A stretch of DNA of 64,000 nt from Glaucostegus cemiculus (taxonomy: Eukaryota), in contig CDPCPM010000141.1 in NCBI GenBank assembly GCA_976551045.1, positions 8,928,001-8,992,000 of the forward strand, in the 5' to 3' direction. A model generated the notes under the pieces. That model saw nothing but the letters and a program-made list of their open reading frames with translations. It made no database searches and was not told where the DNA came from. The translations under genes and the position numbers were made by a program. The stretch's first letter is position 1; the number at the start of each line of letters is the position of its first letter. Shown one piece after another: positions 39,610 through 54,200 of this stretch.

Positions 39610-40040
39610 CATATCACATTCAGTTCGGTCAGTAGAACATGCCTCTAACTCAGAAGGTTGTGGTTCAAGTTCTACTTCAAAAACTTGAATTTAAATTTAG
39701 GCTGATGCTCCAGGACAGTACTGAGGGATGGGGTCAAATTTCAACTAACACATTAAAATAAAGCCTTATATGCCCTCTCAGATGCACCCAAAAGATCCTG
39801 TGGCATTATTTCAATAAAGAGTTGGGGAGTTTCTCTCAGTACTTCTATCAATATTTATCCTTCAAAAAGAATCACTGAAAAAAGATTTTCTGGTCACTAT
39901 CTTATTGCACTTTGTAGGTATTTGCTTTTATGAAATTGACTGCCTTGTTTTATACATTGTAACAGTGATACACTGCAAAATGCATTTCACTAGTTATAGT
40001 GTACGTTGGGATGTCACAAGACAGTGAGAGGCTCCATGTA
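39610..40040 (+). mobile_element. tRNA-derived SINE (SacSINE/Deu-domain-like)
   Basis: B-box-like ggttcaagt, then cagtactgaggga core and AT-rich tail. Related copies near 21890-22100(-), 40460-40700(-), 46200-46860(+), 49360-49720(-), 51560-51780(-), 55450-55800(+), 59090-59300(-). Family assignment is from memory. Confidence 0.6.
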
Positions 40041-40789
40041 AATACAAGGTCTTTCTTACTGGGTCATGGAATGGAAGAACCTTTGTTAATGAAACCTTTG
40101 CCTTCAGCTATACTGGGTAGTCCCTTTCAACTTGACAAGAAAGGGGAATCACTGCTGGATGATGTGGTACACAGGTTTGATTAATGACTATTATTTAACA
40201 GATTTAGTACTAAAGGTGCATGTCCTCTCAGACAGGCTGCAATAATGAGCAATGGCCAAATTATTAATAATGGTCACTAAAACAGCAAATATAAAGTTGG
40301 TGGAGTCCAGAGACACAAGCCTCCCAGATGTTTTCATGTCAAATCCTCGGGCCATCATATTCCTTCCTGCAAACTGAGGCAAACGTCAATACCATCCATG
40401 AGACAGCAAGTCCATAAGGATGGAAAAGGCAGCCTCAGGATCTATCAAAACACTTTTGAAAAGCTAATGTGCATAGCAACATGATAATGACCAGATATCT
40501 GTTTCAGTGACCTTGATCAGGATACTGGAACAAACCTCATTGTTTTTCTTTACAACAGAGGCACTGGGATCTATTATGACCGCAATAACGGGTGGATTTT
40601 TTCTGAAAGGCAGCACCTCAGAGTGGGAGTCAGCTTAGCCAATGGGCTCACATTTCTGAAGAGGGGCATGAATTGACAATTTTCTGACACAAAGGTAAGT
40701 ACTATGTAAGAATACTATTCTACAGCATAATATGAAAGAGTGCTGTGTGAACCCACTATCTCTAATCAATCCAAAGTCTGTAAACTTAC

Positions 40790-40927
40790 TTTCAAAAATG
40801 GAGATTCTTCCAACATATCAAGAAACTCTGGGAAGTAATCTCCAACCTCTTCATCCACTGCCCCCACCAAGCTGATCTGTCTCATTGGGCCCGCTCTGTA
40901 TGTGCCACAACAGTAAGTCCGTGAAAC
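40790..40927 (-). CDS. RSBN1: RSBN1 (KDM9-type lysine demethylase) internal exon (VSRTYCCGTYRAGPMRQISLVGAVDEEVGDYFPEFLDMLEESPFLK)
   Basis: 138 nt, strong acceptor, |GTAAGT donor. TYCCGTY is the RSBN1-type sequence. Earlier exons lie outside the window (intron >23 kb). Confidence 0.95.
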
Positions 40928-43900
40928 CTGTTTGGTAGAGAGAAAAAATTCAGTGAGCAGTTCCTAGGAATAAACTGTAATTGCCCACAGATGAAAGCTA
41001 CTCAATAGAGAGGCATTTATCCAGCATTCAATTCAGATAGGCAATTCTGCTTCACCCATTGAGTCATACTACATGGACAATTACTTTGTCAATTGTGCCT
41101 GTGTCAGCTTTCTAAAGAGTTATCCCCATTAGTCACATTCTACTCCTCTTTCCTGTAGCTTTGCAGATTTTTTTCCTTTTCAAGTATATATCCAATTCCC
41201 CATTGAAAATTTTAAACCTGTTTCCGTCACTCTTTTTGGCAATTCATCCTAGACAAATTTGACTGTAGCCAACATTCCACAGGCTGTCTCAGTACAGACA
41301 GCGGGTCCCTACTACCTTTTCAAAAGCAGTTAGGGGTGTACGATAAATGTTGATCTGGTCAATGATGCACAAATCTCATAACTGAATTAAAATAAACTAT
41401 AACTTATTGCATTAAAAAAAAATCACCGGTTCCTTTGCCAACTCCATTAAACACGTGAACTAAATTAACTTCTCTGCACAGTATTAAACAGGCCTGTGGT
41501 CTGTAATGTTTGTTTTATAACCAGGTGCATTAGTGATGCACAAAAGTTTAAAAAAATAATGTGGGCCAAGATGATGTTTGATAAGGAGATATTAGACTCA
41601 TCCTCTTAAGTTGTTCCCATCATAATAAGAACTTGTGTTACTCAACCAAAAAAGCTTTCTCCAGTACACTGCTGGGTTATAATCCCTACAGTGCAAAAGT
41701 ATTATCAAACTATTCGCATGTACTTTTACACTTTACTAAAATACTGTGACAGCACTGTTTTATAAAATGTATAGAAGTTCATTTTTTCACCAACTTACAA
41801 ACATTTTTTGCTTCAGTCTAGCTTGATAATAAATCAAGGAAACATGCTCAGTTTTTAAAAAATCTCATATACCTGGTTCTTTCACCAATTACCTTAAATT
41901 TGAAATGAAATTAAATTGAAACAGGATCAATCCCACTTAAATGACTGGCTGCTCACCAAAAACACAATTTAGATGTACTTTACTCAATTCACTTAGAGAA
42001 TGTAGGTATCAATGGCGAAGCCAGTAGTTATGGCCCATCTTTAATTGTCTAGTGACTTGATAGGTCATTTCAAAGGACAATTTAGAGTCAACCACATTTC
42101 AGATCTGACTTGGGAATATCAAAGGCTAATGTTCTTCTCAAAAGACTGTTAGTGAACCCAATGGATTTTTAATGACCAATTGGGTCATTACATAATCACC
42201 ATTAATTAGATTTTTATTTCAGTTTCATTTAATTAACTGAATTTAAATTCATCGTAGTTGTGAAATTTGAACTCATTTCTGGATCACACAATCTAGGCTT
42301 CTGGATAACTATCCCCAGCTTCCCAGGCTGTTAACCACAACAGCTGGCAGCTGGTGTCTATGGCAAATAGAAGGCTCATCTACACCCATTTGGTTGGGAC
42401 AATTCTGACTTACAAAAATAAAATCCAAGCCCTGTGTCTGCATACTGCAGGGAGAGCATGTGTGTCCCCTCTAGAGCTGCAAATGGCATTTCCTCTCAGT
42501 GACTCCCAGATGAGGTGACAGCAGCAGCTCCTACCAACAATATTGGCTTGACCATGTCTCCAAACTTTTTTAAAAAAATGCCACGCATTGCATTTTATCA
42601 TTTTGAACAGCTGGTCACCATAATGACCTAGTTACTACTATCATGAAGAACAAATTCTACAGCAAAAATTGCTGACCAGTGATGCTTTATAGTACTCGGT
42701 ATTAGGCAGGAGAACTTAAAGAACCAGCTAAATTTTGCAGCTGCAACTACTAAAGCAACTGAGACTTTAAGGCCTGAGATAAATATTAAATGCCATCAAT
42801 ATCCTTACAAGGTCCCTGATTAGGTAGCTAATGCAATTTCTTCTAGCCACGTTTCCTACAGTCAGGGTATAATCTGGACAAATTCATCTCTCCACTTTGA
42901 GAGAAGTCATTCATTGGATTAATCAAAAGTACATGTAGAAAAACATCAAATTTGACCCAAAAGAACCTAAATCAGTTTTCTTCAGGGTCAAGGAATGCAA
43001 GGTTCAGGTAGAAAAGTGGAACCAAGGTTGGAGACAGAAAATGCATGGGACCGTAGGGCTTATTTTTTTTTATTCATTCACTGGATGGGGATGTAGCCAG
43101 CCATGCTAGCATTTATTATTTGTCCCTAATGATCCTTGAACTAAGGTGGCAAGTCACACTTTTTAGGCCAAGTCATATATAGGCCAGACTGGATAAGGAA
43201 TGCATAGTTCCTTCCCAGAAATATACTAATGAAATAAATGGGGTTTTAATGACAAGCCTGTGGTTTCCTACCACTGTTCCTATTTCTTATGATGTGATCA
43301 CTAAAGCAGCTGTACTATATCATACACACAAATATCTCAACCCACTCATGTTGTTGCGCCAAAAAGTTCCCTTAGAATCTACAGAGATTCCCAGCCTGTG
43401 TTACTCATCAACACAATACTAAAAGCCTGGACTAGCGATTAAAAATTTTACATAGTGCTATACAGAAAGAGAAAGGTGTTTTCAGCACACCTGGCGAGTC
43501 CCAGTGTCAAGAAAAACTGGCAGAGGAAGAGCTGAGGCCAGCACAGATCAGCCATGATCATATTGAATGGCAGGGTAGGCTTGAAGAGCCTGCTGGCATG
43601 TTCGTGTGTTCAGTCTCAGCCAGATGACAAACAGGCCATAGGAAGGAATCAGTTCTGTTGTGTTCCATTCTCTCCACAGGATGGTGCTGGAGTCACATGT
43701 AGATTATTTGAGAACCGAAGCATTTAACCAGTTTCACAAAAAGTTGAGCAGAATTTCTAAATTAATCCTGAAACACTGGTTTAAATGTCCTCAAAGAACA
43801 GTGATTGCATCACTGTAAACCAGTGGCCTCCATCACAGGACTTCACTCTTTGACTATGATTGTGACACTGGCTCACTGTCAAATTTTTGTTTGATAATAC

Positions 43901-46900
43901 TCCTGCAAGGCATCATGGGATGCTTGTACACCATGTTAAACCTACTGTGAAAACGTATGCAGCTGAACAGCATAAAGCAGAGACAGGAAGGGAACTAAAT
44001 TAGAATAGGGTGAAAAGAATAATTTGGGTGGCGAATGCTGGAGTGTGGGACTAAAACTGGACAATAAATCAGAATGGACTGCAGAAAATGGCTTCCCACT
44101 GTGCTGCAAGGTTTGCCATCACAACCACACAACTGAAACTCAAGAAAAATCTTTACTTTTGAAAGTAAATCTGAGCTCCATGCTCTATACTTTCTTTGCA
44201 TTATTTTACATAAAACAAATCACGCTGAAACTCCTATATCAGCAGATAAGAGAAATAACCATATGGATTATTTAGGATGAATACAAATTAAAGGAAACCC
44301 ATGAGCGATTACAAGACACTTATCCAAATCAAGTTACAGGTTCTTCAACTTGCGTTCTCAAGTACCTGAAGAGCTATGAATCTCATACTTTTGCTCTACT
44401 TTCTGCTTGAATATTTGGTGGTATATTACTTAATGGTTTCAATAGTAAGTGCAATGTTTTTAAACTTTGGAGGGCTGGCCTTACCTTTCTGTGATTTGCA
44501 TTGGAGTGTGCCAGAACTTACAAGGTCCTCCAGGACTTGCCAGTATTGATGAGGGAACCCCATGGAGTATATTACTATTTATTGGTGGCTCAAGGGAAAC
44601 AGGTCAATATTGAAGTAGAGAGAAGTTTCACCAGAAGTGTGTGAGTATTCATAGGGGATTTCTAGGAATATTTTAGCATTAATGATCCCAGGAAGTCACC
44701 TTTGACAGGAAAGTTTCTGGGAACTGTCTGTCTTTACAATTGGACTTCAGTAATGCACAGCCAAGATATGTCAATAAACACTAAGTGTGTAGCTGCTGGA
44801 GTTCAAAACAACATCTGTGGGGGATCTCGCTGGCATTTCCCATGTCTGCAAACTTTAGCAGTAAGAATCAGCCTTCTTGCTAAAGGTAAAGCTTTCAAAC
44901 TTTACCCACATGCTGCTCAGAGCTGGACTTCAGTGGGTTCTGTATCCAGCAACCAGTACTGGGTAAACATCAAATACAGCAGTTCAAAAACTGGCATCAT
45001 TCTACTCTGCTCAACCAAACTGCAAGCCGGTGATGGATTGCAAGCATCCACACATATACAAAACAATAATCAAAAAACCCTCAACCTCCAGGAAGCTGCA
45101 GCCAGACAACAATTCAGATGCATTCCGCACCAGTACTCCAGTTGTACACCACGTTTGATATTGTGACCTGTAAACAGAGCCACTTGAAAGAAGTTTTCTC
45201 TCAATATGTCATGGAAGAATATTGGACAGGTTATTGTTCTGCCTCAAGTATTGTATTCAATGACCTGCAATCAACATATTGATATGCAGAAATTAATAGT
45301 TGAGAATACAACTCATTTCATACCATTTGTGAACTGCTGTTAAAATACTGCAAAGGATCAGCTAAATTATAGTCAAAGGGCAGCCTTTACAAGTCAGAAC
45401 AAATCTCGCAGCTTTGTTGAGAGGAATGGAAGAATATTTGGGAAGCTGCCAACAGTAAAACTTGTCATGGTACAGTTGAACTCTACCAGACAGCTGGCCC
45501 AGGTGTAGTTGTTTACTGCAGATTCCTTGGTAATAAGTCACTTATTCAGTTAAAATACAAAGCAACTGCAGCTCCAAGGGTTATACAATGACATTACAAA
45601 GTTTATATTCCCAAGAAACATATAGGGGTGATCAGACTGAAATTTTCAAGAAACTGATGGTTTGATGAAAGGAAGCACCGTCACCGATGCGGGAGTCTAC
45701 AACATGGAGACATAAACACAGTTTATTCAGGAGAAACATTAGGGACACAAAGAGAACAGTGAAGCCCTACAAAATGTGCAATTAATTTTAATTCAGAGAT
45801 TGATGCAGTGAAATTGTATGAGAGCATGACAGAGGCAAGACGATTGATGGAGTGAAAATTAGCCATAATCTCACTGTATGGTGAAACGTGCTATAGTATC
45901 AAAGGCATCAAGGGATATGGGGAGAAATCTGAACTAAGGATTGAGATAGAGGATCAGCCATTAATGTAATGAATAGCAAAGCAAGTTTGAAAGGCCAAAG
46001 GCCTTGCTTCTGCTCTTATTTTTCTATGTTTAACTTTATCAGTATATACTTCAGACAGTACTTGCTTTATCATTTAATGGCTCCATTTAGGATGGATTCA
46101 TCAAAAATCTACTAGGCTCAAGTAGCTCTGAAAAATTTAAGGGAGAACTAGGTAAGTACATAAGGGAGGTTCTTGTTTTGTTCACTACAGCCTTTTCTGG
46201 TGCTATTTCTTTTTAGTACAGATTTAAGGGATGCTGCACTGCAAGAGGTTTAACTTTCAGATGAGAATTTAAATTGCCTCACCAGAGATAAACATTCACT
46301 TGGCAAGATTCAGACAGAGGCAGGGAACTTTCTTCATCTCCTATCAAAAATGTATCCTTCAATTACAAGAGACTGTCAAGTTTTGGATCTCACTGCATTT
46401 TGTAAAGGCTTGCTGCTGCGCACAAATCGGCAACCTTTTTACTTAATATAGTACATCTATGGCTGCAGCATGCTTTTGGGTATCCTGAGAATGCAAAAGA
46501 TGGCATAAAAATACTATGCTGCTTTCTAATTCAGAGCATAAAGATGTTAAACCATGAACAGCACTTTAGAGTCAGAATGCCATAGATTCATGTCTCATTC
46601 TACAGAATTGAGCACAAAGTCTAGACTAACAGATTAGCAGAGCAGTGAGGGAGTGCTGAACTGTTAGGCTTGGCATCTAATAGATGTGACAAGGCCCCAT
46701 CTCCCCTCAAGATGGCTCCAAAAAGGTTCCTGGATCACCAGGCACTATCATTCCTCGATTAACATCACCAGACTGCCTGATTATTTATCTCATTGCTCCT
46801 TGTGGGACTTTACAACATGCAAACTGGCTGTTATGTGCTATATATACAAGATAATTTATCAGCAAGAACTCAATACCCTGAAAACAGAAAGGGTACTATT

Positions 46901-47629
46901 TCCCACTAAATCAACATGCAGATTCTCATGGAGGGTACCATCCAACAGTCTGCAAAATTTCTCCTGGCATCTTTTTTTTACATTTTGGTGGTAGTTTAAA
47001 TATACAACTCTGGTAAGCACCAGTGAAGACCAAATGCATGACACAGTCATGAAAAAAAACTAATTGGTCAATTTGTATGAGTATTCTGTTACTAGTCTTT
47101 GATCTTTGTTGATTTAGATTAATCAGAAAGTTAAAAGAAAATATAACCAATTTTAAAAAGGCACACTTGGCACAGGACTGTGGGATGTTTCCTAGTAAAA
47201 TATTAATTTTCTCGAATGTTCAAGTTGCAGCATTGCTAATTTACATCTTTCTCAGAAAGAAAATCAATTGCACAATTTTCTGTTGTCTCAAAACAAAAAG
47301 ATAACTATAGTTCATTCAAAATCCTGACACCTCCAAGCATATTTTTGGAATGCCACTAGAAATTGGACAGAATGACTGAGCTGGACCTTTGACTGGAGAC
47401 TTCGGAATGGAGCCTTCAAACTAAGGAATGCTTTCAGTCTAGCTGAAAAACAGGAAACAGGTTTGGAAGGGCAGGGAAATTACATTCCTCAAGTGCTCAA
47501 AGTTTACAAAGCAAAGTCAAGGGAGAGAATTCTGCAGATGTGAAGATAGCTTTGGGAATGAAATGTGGGCAAAAACCAACAGACACTCCCAAACTCTTTG
47601 ATACCCTTTTGTTTCTCAGCAACTTTATT

Positions 47630-48530
47630 TCCCCAACAACTGAAAATACTGGAAACATTTAACAAGTCAGGCAGCATCATTGACTATGCATGGAAAGAGA
47701 GTTAATGCTTCAGGTCAGAGGCTCTTCCGTCAGAACTGGAAAAGTGTGAAAGCAAGGCAATTTTATATTGCAGAAGGTGAGGGAGGGGTGAATAGAACAA
47801 AGGGAATATCTCTGATAGGACAAGGCCAGGTTTGCCATGGTGATAAAAAGGAAAATGCAGAGCAGTTGGAAATGTCCAGCATGTCAGACTGTGCGATTAG
47901 AACGAAATATTGAGTCCTTACTTTAGATAGAAGACCTAAAGCAGAAATGGCCAATTCAGATATAGTTACCCAAAACTGCTGAATTCAAGATAGAGCCTGG
48001 AAGACTGCAACTTGAGTCAAAAGACATTGTTCCTCAGGCTTATGTGGGGCCTTGTTATATCAACTCAGAAGGATTGATAGGTCAAAGTGAAAGTGGAACA
48101 GTGAATTAAAGTGACGAGAAGCTCGGTCACTAGCGCAGACTGAATGCAAGTGTTTTGAAAACAATCACCCAATCTGTTTGGTTGCCCCAATGTAGAGGAG
48201 TTCGTATTATGCATATCGAATGCAATATACAAATTTGCAAGTGAATGGCTGCTTCATTTGGAAAAACTATTTGGGTCCCTGGAAAGAAGTAAAAAAGATG
48301 GGTTAAAAAAAAAATCACCTGCAGTTGCATTGGAAAATGCTGTAAGAAATGGAGTTTTTGGTAGAGATGGAAGAGCAAACCAGGGAGTTGAAGAGTCGAA
48401 TGATCTCTTTGGAATGCTAAAAAGGAGGGGAGTAGAAGATGAGTCTGGTGATGGAATCACATTGAAGATAGCAGAAATTGCAAAGGAAGATCCATTAGTG
48501 GGTGGAAAATAAGGACCATAGGAACACTAA
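47630..48530 (-). mobile_element. Penelope-like retroelement relic (GIY-YIG region)
   Basis: Minus strand reads LLYIGATKQIG*LFSKHL near 48145-48200; homologous to 8985-9575. Confidence 0.7.
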
Positions 48531-50329
48531 GCCTTATTTCCCCAGTGCATAAGAAACAACTTTGCTAACAAAGTTTTGTTCCCCTGAGGCTAAGTATATT
48601 ACTAAGGGTATATCTGGAAGGTGTAAATAGCAGAAGACAAAGGAAATCTGAAACATAAGTGAGGAAAAAAGAGTGCTGCATGTTGATTGGGGGGAGCAGG
48701 GCGAAATAGGGAGTGGCAAGTTAGAGTAAGCAGACTATAAAAATGACACACTCAATGTCTTGCCAGCAATTTGTAATGATAGATTGATATAAAAGATAAA
48801 CAGCTAGAAGGAGAGATCCAGATACAGTGGGAATTTAGGGCAGGAGAAATAGTCCACTGCTTGGTCCACTTCTTTCTCTGGCAAACAAAGAAGCAAAGGC
48901 AAAGAGCTCAACATCGTGTTAGGCTCAACATTCACTGAGATAGTGATAAGGAGGCATGGGTGAAGCTGAGAGACTATTATTTGGGATCAAAAAGCAAGTG
49001 GTTGGGCAGTGAAAGCCTAGCAAGGTGCAACATTGAGAGAGAAATGGGGTCATAAGAAAGTTAAGGGGTAGAAAAATCTATACAGAATGTTTGAACTCAT
49101 CTTGTTGAAAACTGTAATGCTTGTCAACTGAAAAGAAGAAATAATTTTTTTTGTTAAAGCAAAGGAAAGTAGAATTGTGGACCATTACAGCTTCAAGAAA
49201 AATCATTGCTGCAGAGCATGCATGCATGTATGAAAGGAGAAGGAATAAGAGGTCTTGCTGCAGAGGAAGGAAAATTAGGTCATGCTCGACTGAGAAGCTA
49301 AACTAAAAGAACAAGAGGAAAGAGGACATTGCAGGTATCATTTTCAAATTAAAAGCATTTACATAAATGATTTTCACTACCTCAGGGCGCAAGTTAGTTT
49401 ACAGTCAAAATGGTTTTTGAGACGCATAGTCAATGCTGTTGCTTAAGAAACAAGGTAGTCAATTTGCATACATCCAATTCTCAAAAAAACCCAGCAACAT
49501 AATAATGTATAAAAAGACAAAGATATTAGCTGGAATATCCATGTTCTTCAAATAACAAGTGGTACCTTTTCTAACTACCTGAAAAGACAAACACTGCCTC
49601 GTTTTAATGAAAGATAGCACTTCTGACTGTGCGACACTCCCTCAGAACTAACAGTTAAGTTTTAGGTTAAATTGTGTGTCTGGGATAATGCTGAAACCCC
49701 ACAACCTTCAGATTTGGGTGCAGACAAGTTGGCTCTGGCCAAAAATCATTACCAATAAATCACATAAGAGTGAACCTCGAGTACATGCATTTACTTATGA
49801 TGTGATCAGTAACATTTTTTATTCAGACATTTGAGGCATTGTAGGATATTATTCCCAGAATGGTTTAAGTCGTCACTAGTAAATCACAATTATTTTAACA
49901 AATACAGTGTGGGCCGCACATCATTTGAGTTTAATGGAAATCTAAACAGATGTTCAGGGTTGAGTTGTACTCCCTAGGTTTGTATAGGTTTATAAAAAAA
50001 CTTATTCCACAACATGTCTCTTTTAAAATCAAACTCAGAATGTGGAATGTCACTTACATTGAAAGCTAGATTATAAACAGAAGTGACACAGTGCCTCTTA
50101 GACATGTATACAAAGGCAGAATGTCTTTCCAAATTCTTTTCAAAGAGCCCATTATCTGCAAGGAAGAAAGGACAATATGCAGTAGCATAATTTCTTTTCT
50201 CCCCATGTAGGAAACTGACAGGATCGCACAACACAAGTACATTCTGGCAACAAGAACTAGATAAAGTATAAAAATAGTACATGCTTTTGATTTAGCATGA
50301 AGGAAATCATTCCAGACATTGGCCAGTAT

Positions 50330-51240
50330 TGGTTTTGTGAAAGAACAATTCAATTGGCCCACTCCCTGCACTTACACCATAGCCCTGATTTTAATTTCTA
50401 AGGAAGTATTTGCTTCAGTTCTGAATGTTACTACTGAATTTGTTTCCACCACCCCCTCAGCTAGTGAATTTCAAAACAAAAGAGAACAGTTGCTAAGTGT
50501 CTAGATGTCATGTGTTAATAATAAAAAAAAATCATGTCATCTCTAGCTCCTCCTCTAATTTATATTTGTAGCCTCATTACCATGCTTGCTCACTCACAAT
50601 GAAATCAGTTTGCCTTTATGTTCTCTGTCAAAGCAATTCACGATTTTGAACTCCTCAATCAAATCTTCTCTTTGGTGAGAACCATCCAAGCTTTTCCAGT
50701 CTCCCTATGCAAGTGAATTCCTCATCCCTTGTGCCATTCAAGAAAATATTTTCTGCAGCCTTGTCAAGGCCTGTAAATCCGCCCTGAAATAGGTTGCCTA
50801 GAAGTGAACACAACATTCCAGTTGAGGTTTAACCAGTGGTTTAGAAAGATTTAGCATAATTTTCTTGATCTAATGATCAATGACTATGCACAAACCATCG
50901 ATCCCATGTACTTTTTTAAAGACTGAAGCTTGTTCGCTATGTCCTCCCTTCTTCAAAGGTATTTTATGCACACACCTCCTTGTTCCCATATTCCTTTAAA
51001 ATTATGACACATAGTTTAGAATGCTTCTTCCTACCAAAATACTTCACCTCACAACTGCCAAACTTTTAGCTACCCAAATTATACCCATTCCACCATTGAT
51101 CATAAAGTACATTACTATTCTCATGGTTGTTCACTTTTGAGTATTGTGTACTTGAAAACTTTGAAATTATATGTTGTAACCAAAAATCCAAGACCTTGGG
51201 ATGCATCAAAGAGCTGCGGTTCCAAGTTCAATCCCTAGAA
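50330..51240 (-). mobile_element. Old degraded CR1 fragment
   Basis: Same antisense CR1 pattern as 36440-37210. Confidence 0.55.
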
Positions 51241-54200
51241 ATAAACGTGACTTTATATTTTCCTCCAGTCTGGAAAAACATTTACGATCTCTGTATTCTG
51301 GTTCATAGCCAATTTCACATTCATGCTGCCACAATCTCTTTATTCCTGTGGGCTTTAATTTTCTTAACATGTCTACTATGTGGTATATTATCAAACATAG
51401 TTGAAAGTCTACATGCACATCTACACTAAATTCATTGCTCTGTAGTATTGCAAAGAACGTGATAATTGATCAAAATATAACAATGTAGTTAAATGGCACA
51501 TAGTAAAGGGGAGGAGGGGGACGGAGGTGGGTTGAAACTGATTGGTTGGCTGGCTGGTTGATAATAACGTGTTGGCCAAGGCACTGGATGAACTTGCCTA
51601 CTTTTCTTCCATTTGTGCCATGGAATTTCTTTGTGTATAATGAAAGGGCAGGCGTGACCTTGGTTTAATGTTGAATGGAATTATGGTACCTTTAACAAGG
51701 CAGCACCCCAGGTACTGCACTAAAATGCCAGTCTAATCTTTTTTAGATTTTTTAAGTGACCAGAGGAATTTGAAGCCTCTAAGGCAAAGGGAAGAGCTCT
51801 AATAATAAATTTCCTAAATTAAAGGTGAAAGTACCATTGCACACTATTACCTGATCCAAATAAGAGAATATTGTTGTTGATCAAGGCCAAATCTAATTCC
51901 CACTAGTATAAACAAATCACTGAGAACAGTATCCAAGTGAGAGCTTGCTATGTTTACTCTACTAAATCTGGCTTCCTTATCTTGACAACCAGCGACAGTG
52001 TAAATATGGTAAGCCAGTGCACGTCACCACTCTCCCACATTGTGAGTCACTGTCAATAAGCAGCAATGTAAAAATACCTTGCAAGAACTACTTCAGAGCC
52101 AGGTGTGGCACACTCCGAATTTAGACAAAGTATGCTCGTTTCAGTGTATTTTTAACTTCATACAAATGAACCTCTCATCAAATTTACATTTTAAATACTC
52201 CCAAGAGGGAAAGGAGGGCACTTTAAATAACATTTGAACCAAATATGCATGTTGGTATTTTTTTTAAATGCATCTCTGATGAGAATCAGGAAGCTGTAAT
52301 GGGAAACTGCAATGTTCCAGTGGACACGTTAGACAGAGTGGTCTGAAAGGACAGATGAAGTAGAATTTAAAGGGGTTTGCTTAGCCCCAGGGCTTATTCA
52401 TTCTCAAGGGCTTTTACATTATTGGTGCATGGCTAACCTTAAAAGCAGATCAACTGCCCACATTGAGGTGCAAATGTACCAGGTTTCATTCACTAGTCTT
52501 CACACAATTCTAACTCCTAATCTCTATATTAAGTGGTCCTCAAACAATACAGGTTCTCATTTCCTAGATAGGGACCTTTAAAATAGGAAGAGTACATCTG
52601 CTTTCCTGAAACAGCATCAATAATGCTTGTAAAATACAAGTGACTTGAGCTAAGTTACAAATGGTGGCAAACAATTTTTAGAGGATAGATAACCAAATGC
52701 TGATCACCACACATTAATTATCCTGCATGGCACAAAAGGTTGCTGAGGTGGGAAAAGAAATACCTGACTGTCGTGTCCTTTTTATCAAGGTACAAGAAAA
52801 CATTTATAAAGTGCCCTACAATGTACTTGGGATATCTCAAAACACCTTATAATCAATGACTTAGCTTTAAAGGGGAGTTCCTATTGTTATACCTGGAAAG
52901 GTAGCAGAGTTATATACAGCAAGATCATGCAAACAGCAATAAGTTGTATATAAAATACTTTGTATTTAAGACTTAAATGCAAACAGATTGATTTAGTTTG
53001 CTTTTTCCCTTCCACAAAATGTATTCACCATAATAGAAAAGATTTCACAATTTATTATCTATGTTAACAAGGCACAAAACAGCCCCTTTATGTCTTTTAT
53101 ACTGTAATCTTAATCAACATAACCTGAAGAGGCTTTGGTGTAGAATGCCTTTCTGATGGACAGAGGAAGATACAGTAATGCATCAAAGGGAACAAGATTT
53201 CAAATTAATATGAGATCAATCATTATAAACCAGAGCAAATGCAGCCAGTGGAGGTTAAGTTCAGTGGGCAAAATCAAAGCTGTTTGAAGACGAAGATTTT
53301 AAAATAACTGGGTATAATCCTTCATGAATTCTTTCACTGAATGTCACCTTCACTGTCAAATAAATAGACCATCACCAGAGGGTTGAGTGGAATCAGCACC
53401 AGTGTCTGACATATTGCACTAGCCATACGAGCACATCTTCTCTATTTCAGAGGTTCTCTTAAAATACACCCTTCGAGGGAAAGTGGAACAAAGCATGCAA
53501 TGGGACAGATGCAAGAAAATAAAAATGCAGTAATTTACAAGAATTAAAAGGTATTGGAGAGAGGAATAAAAGGTGCTGATAAGAGAAGACTTTACCATAG
53601 AGATGGTGAACCTACTGCTGTAGTAATGTCATACTTCACATCTGAAAATGAATGGTGCCAGGTAAGGAAAGAGACAAACAGTGTGATAGGAATGCACTGA
53701 TGGATGCAAGACACTGATGCAACAATCATGCTCTGACCTAGACAGCCACAGGTGGGTGTAATTACTCATTTTAAAATAGTTTTACAAAAACCATTTCTGA
53801 CTCCAGTCATGTAGCTCTGACAGTTAATTACACCTGGCATTTCTCCTCCAAATTCAATTGCACGGAGTTCTCCCACATCCATATTCTTGCTTCATACTAT
53901 AAAAATTGCACTAACATCGGATTCCCACATATGGCTGTATTTGCATTCCCAGATCTGCTACAGGTATTTTAACATGACACCTGATCCTGACTGCTTCATT
54001 AGTACTCTACATCCATCAATACATTCCTATTTCCTATCAGTCTCCTTTTTTTGTGTCCAGTCAATAAACCCCTTGCCTCCCCTTGTCCTTTGTCATATGC
54101 CCACCAGCTCTCTCTAGTTTCTCTCTTCTCTTTGCAGACACAGCTCTTGACTTCTCATCTGTCTGACCTTCTTCCTGCCCCGAACCAATTTCCACTAAAA

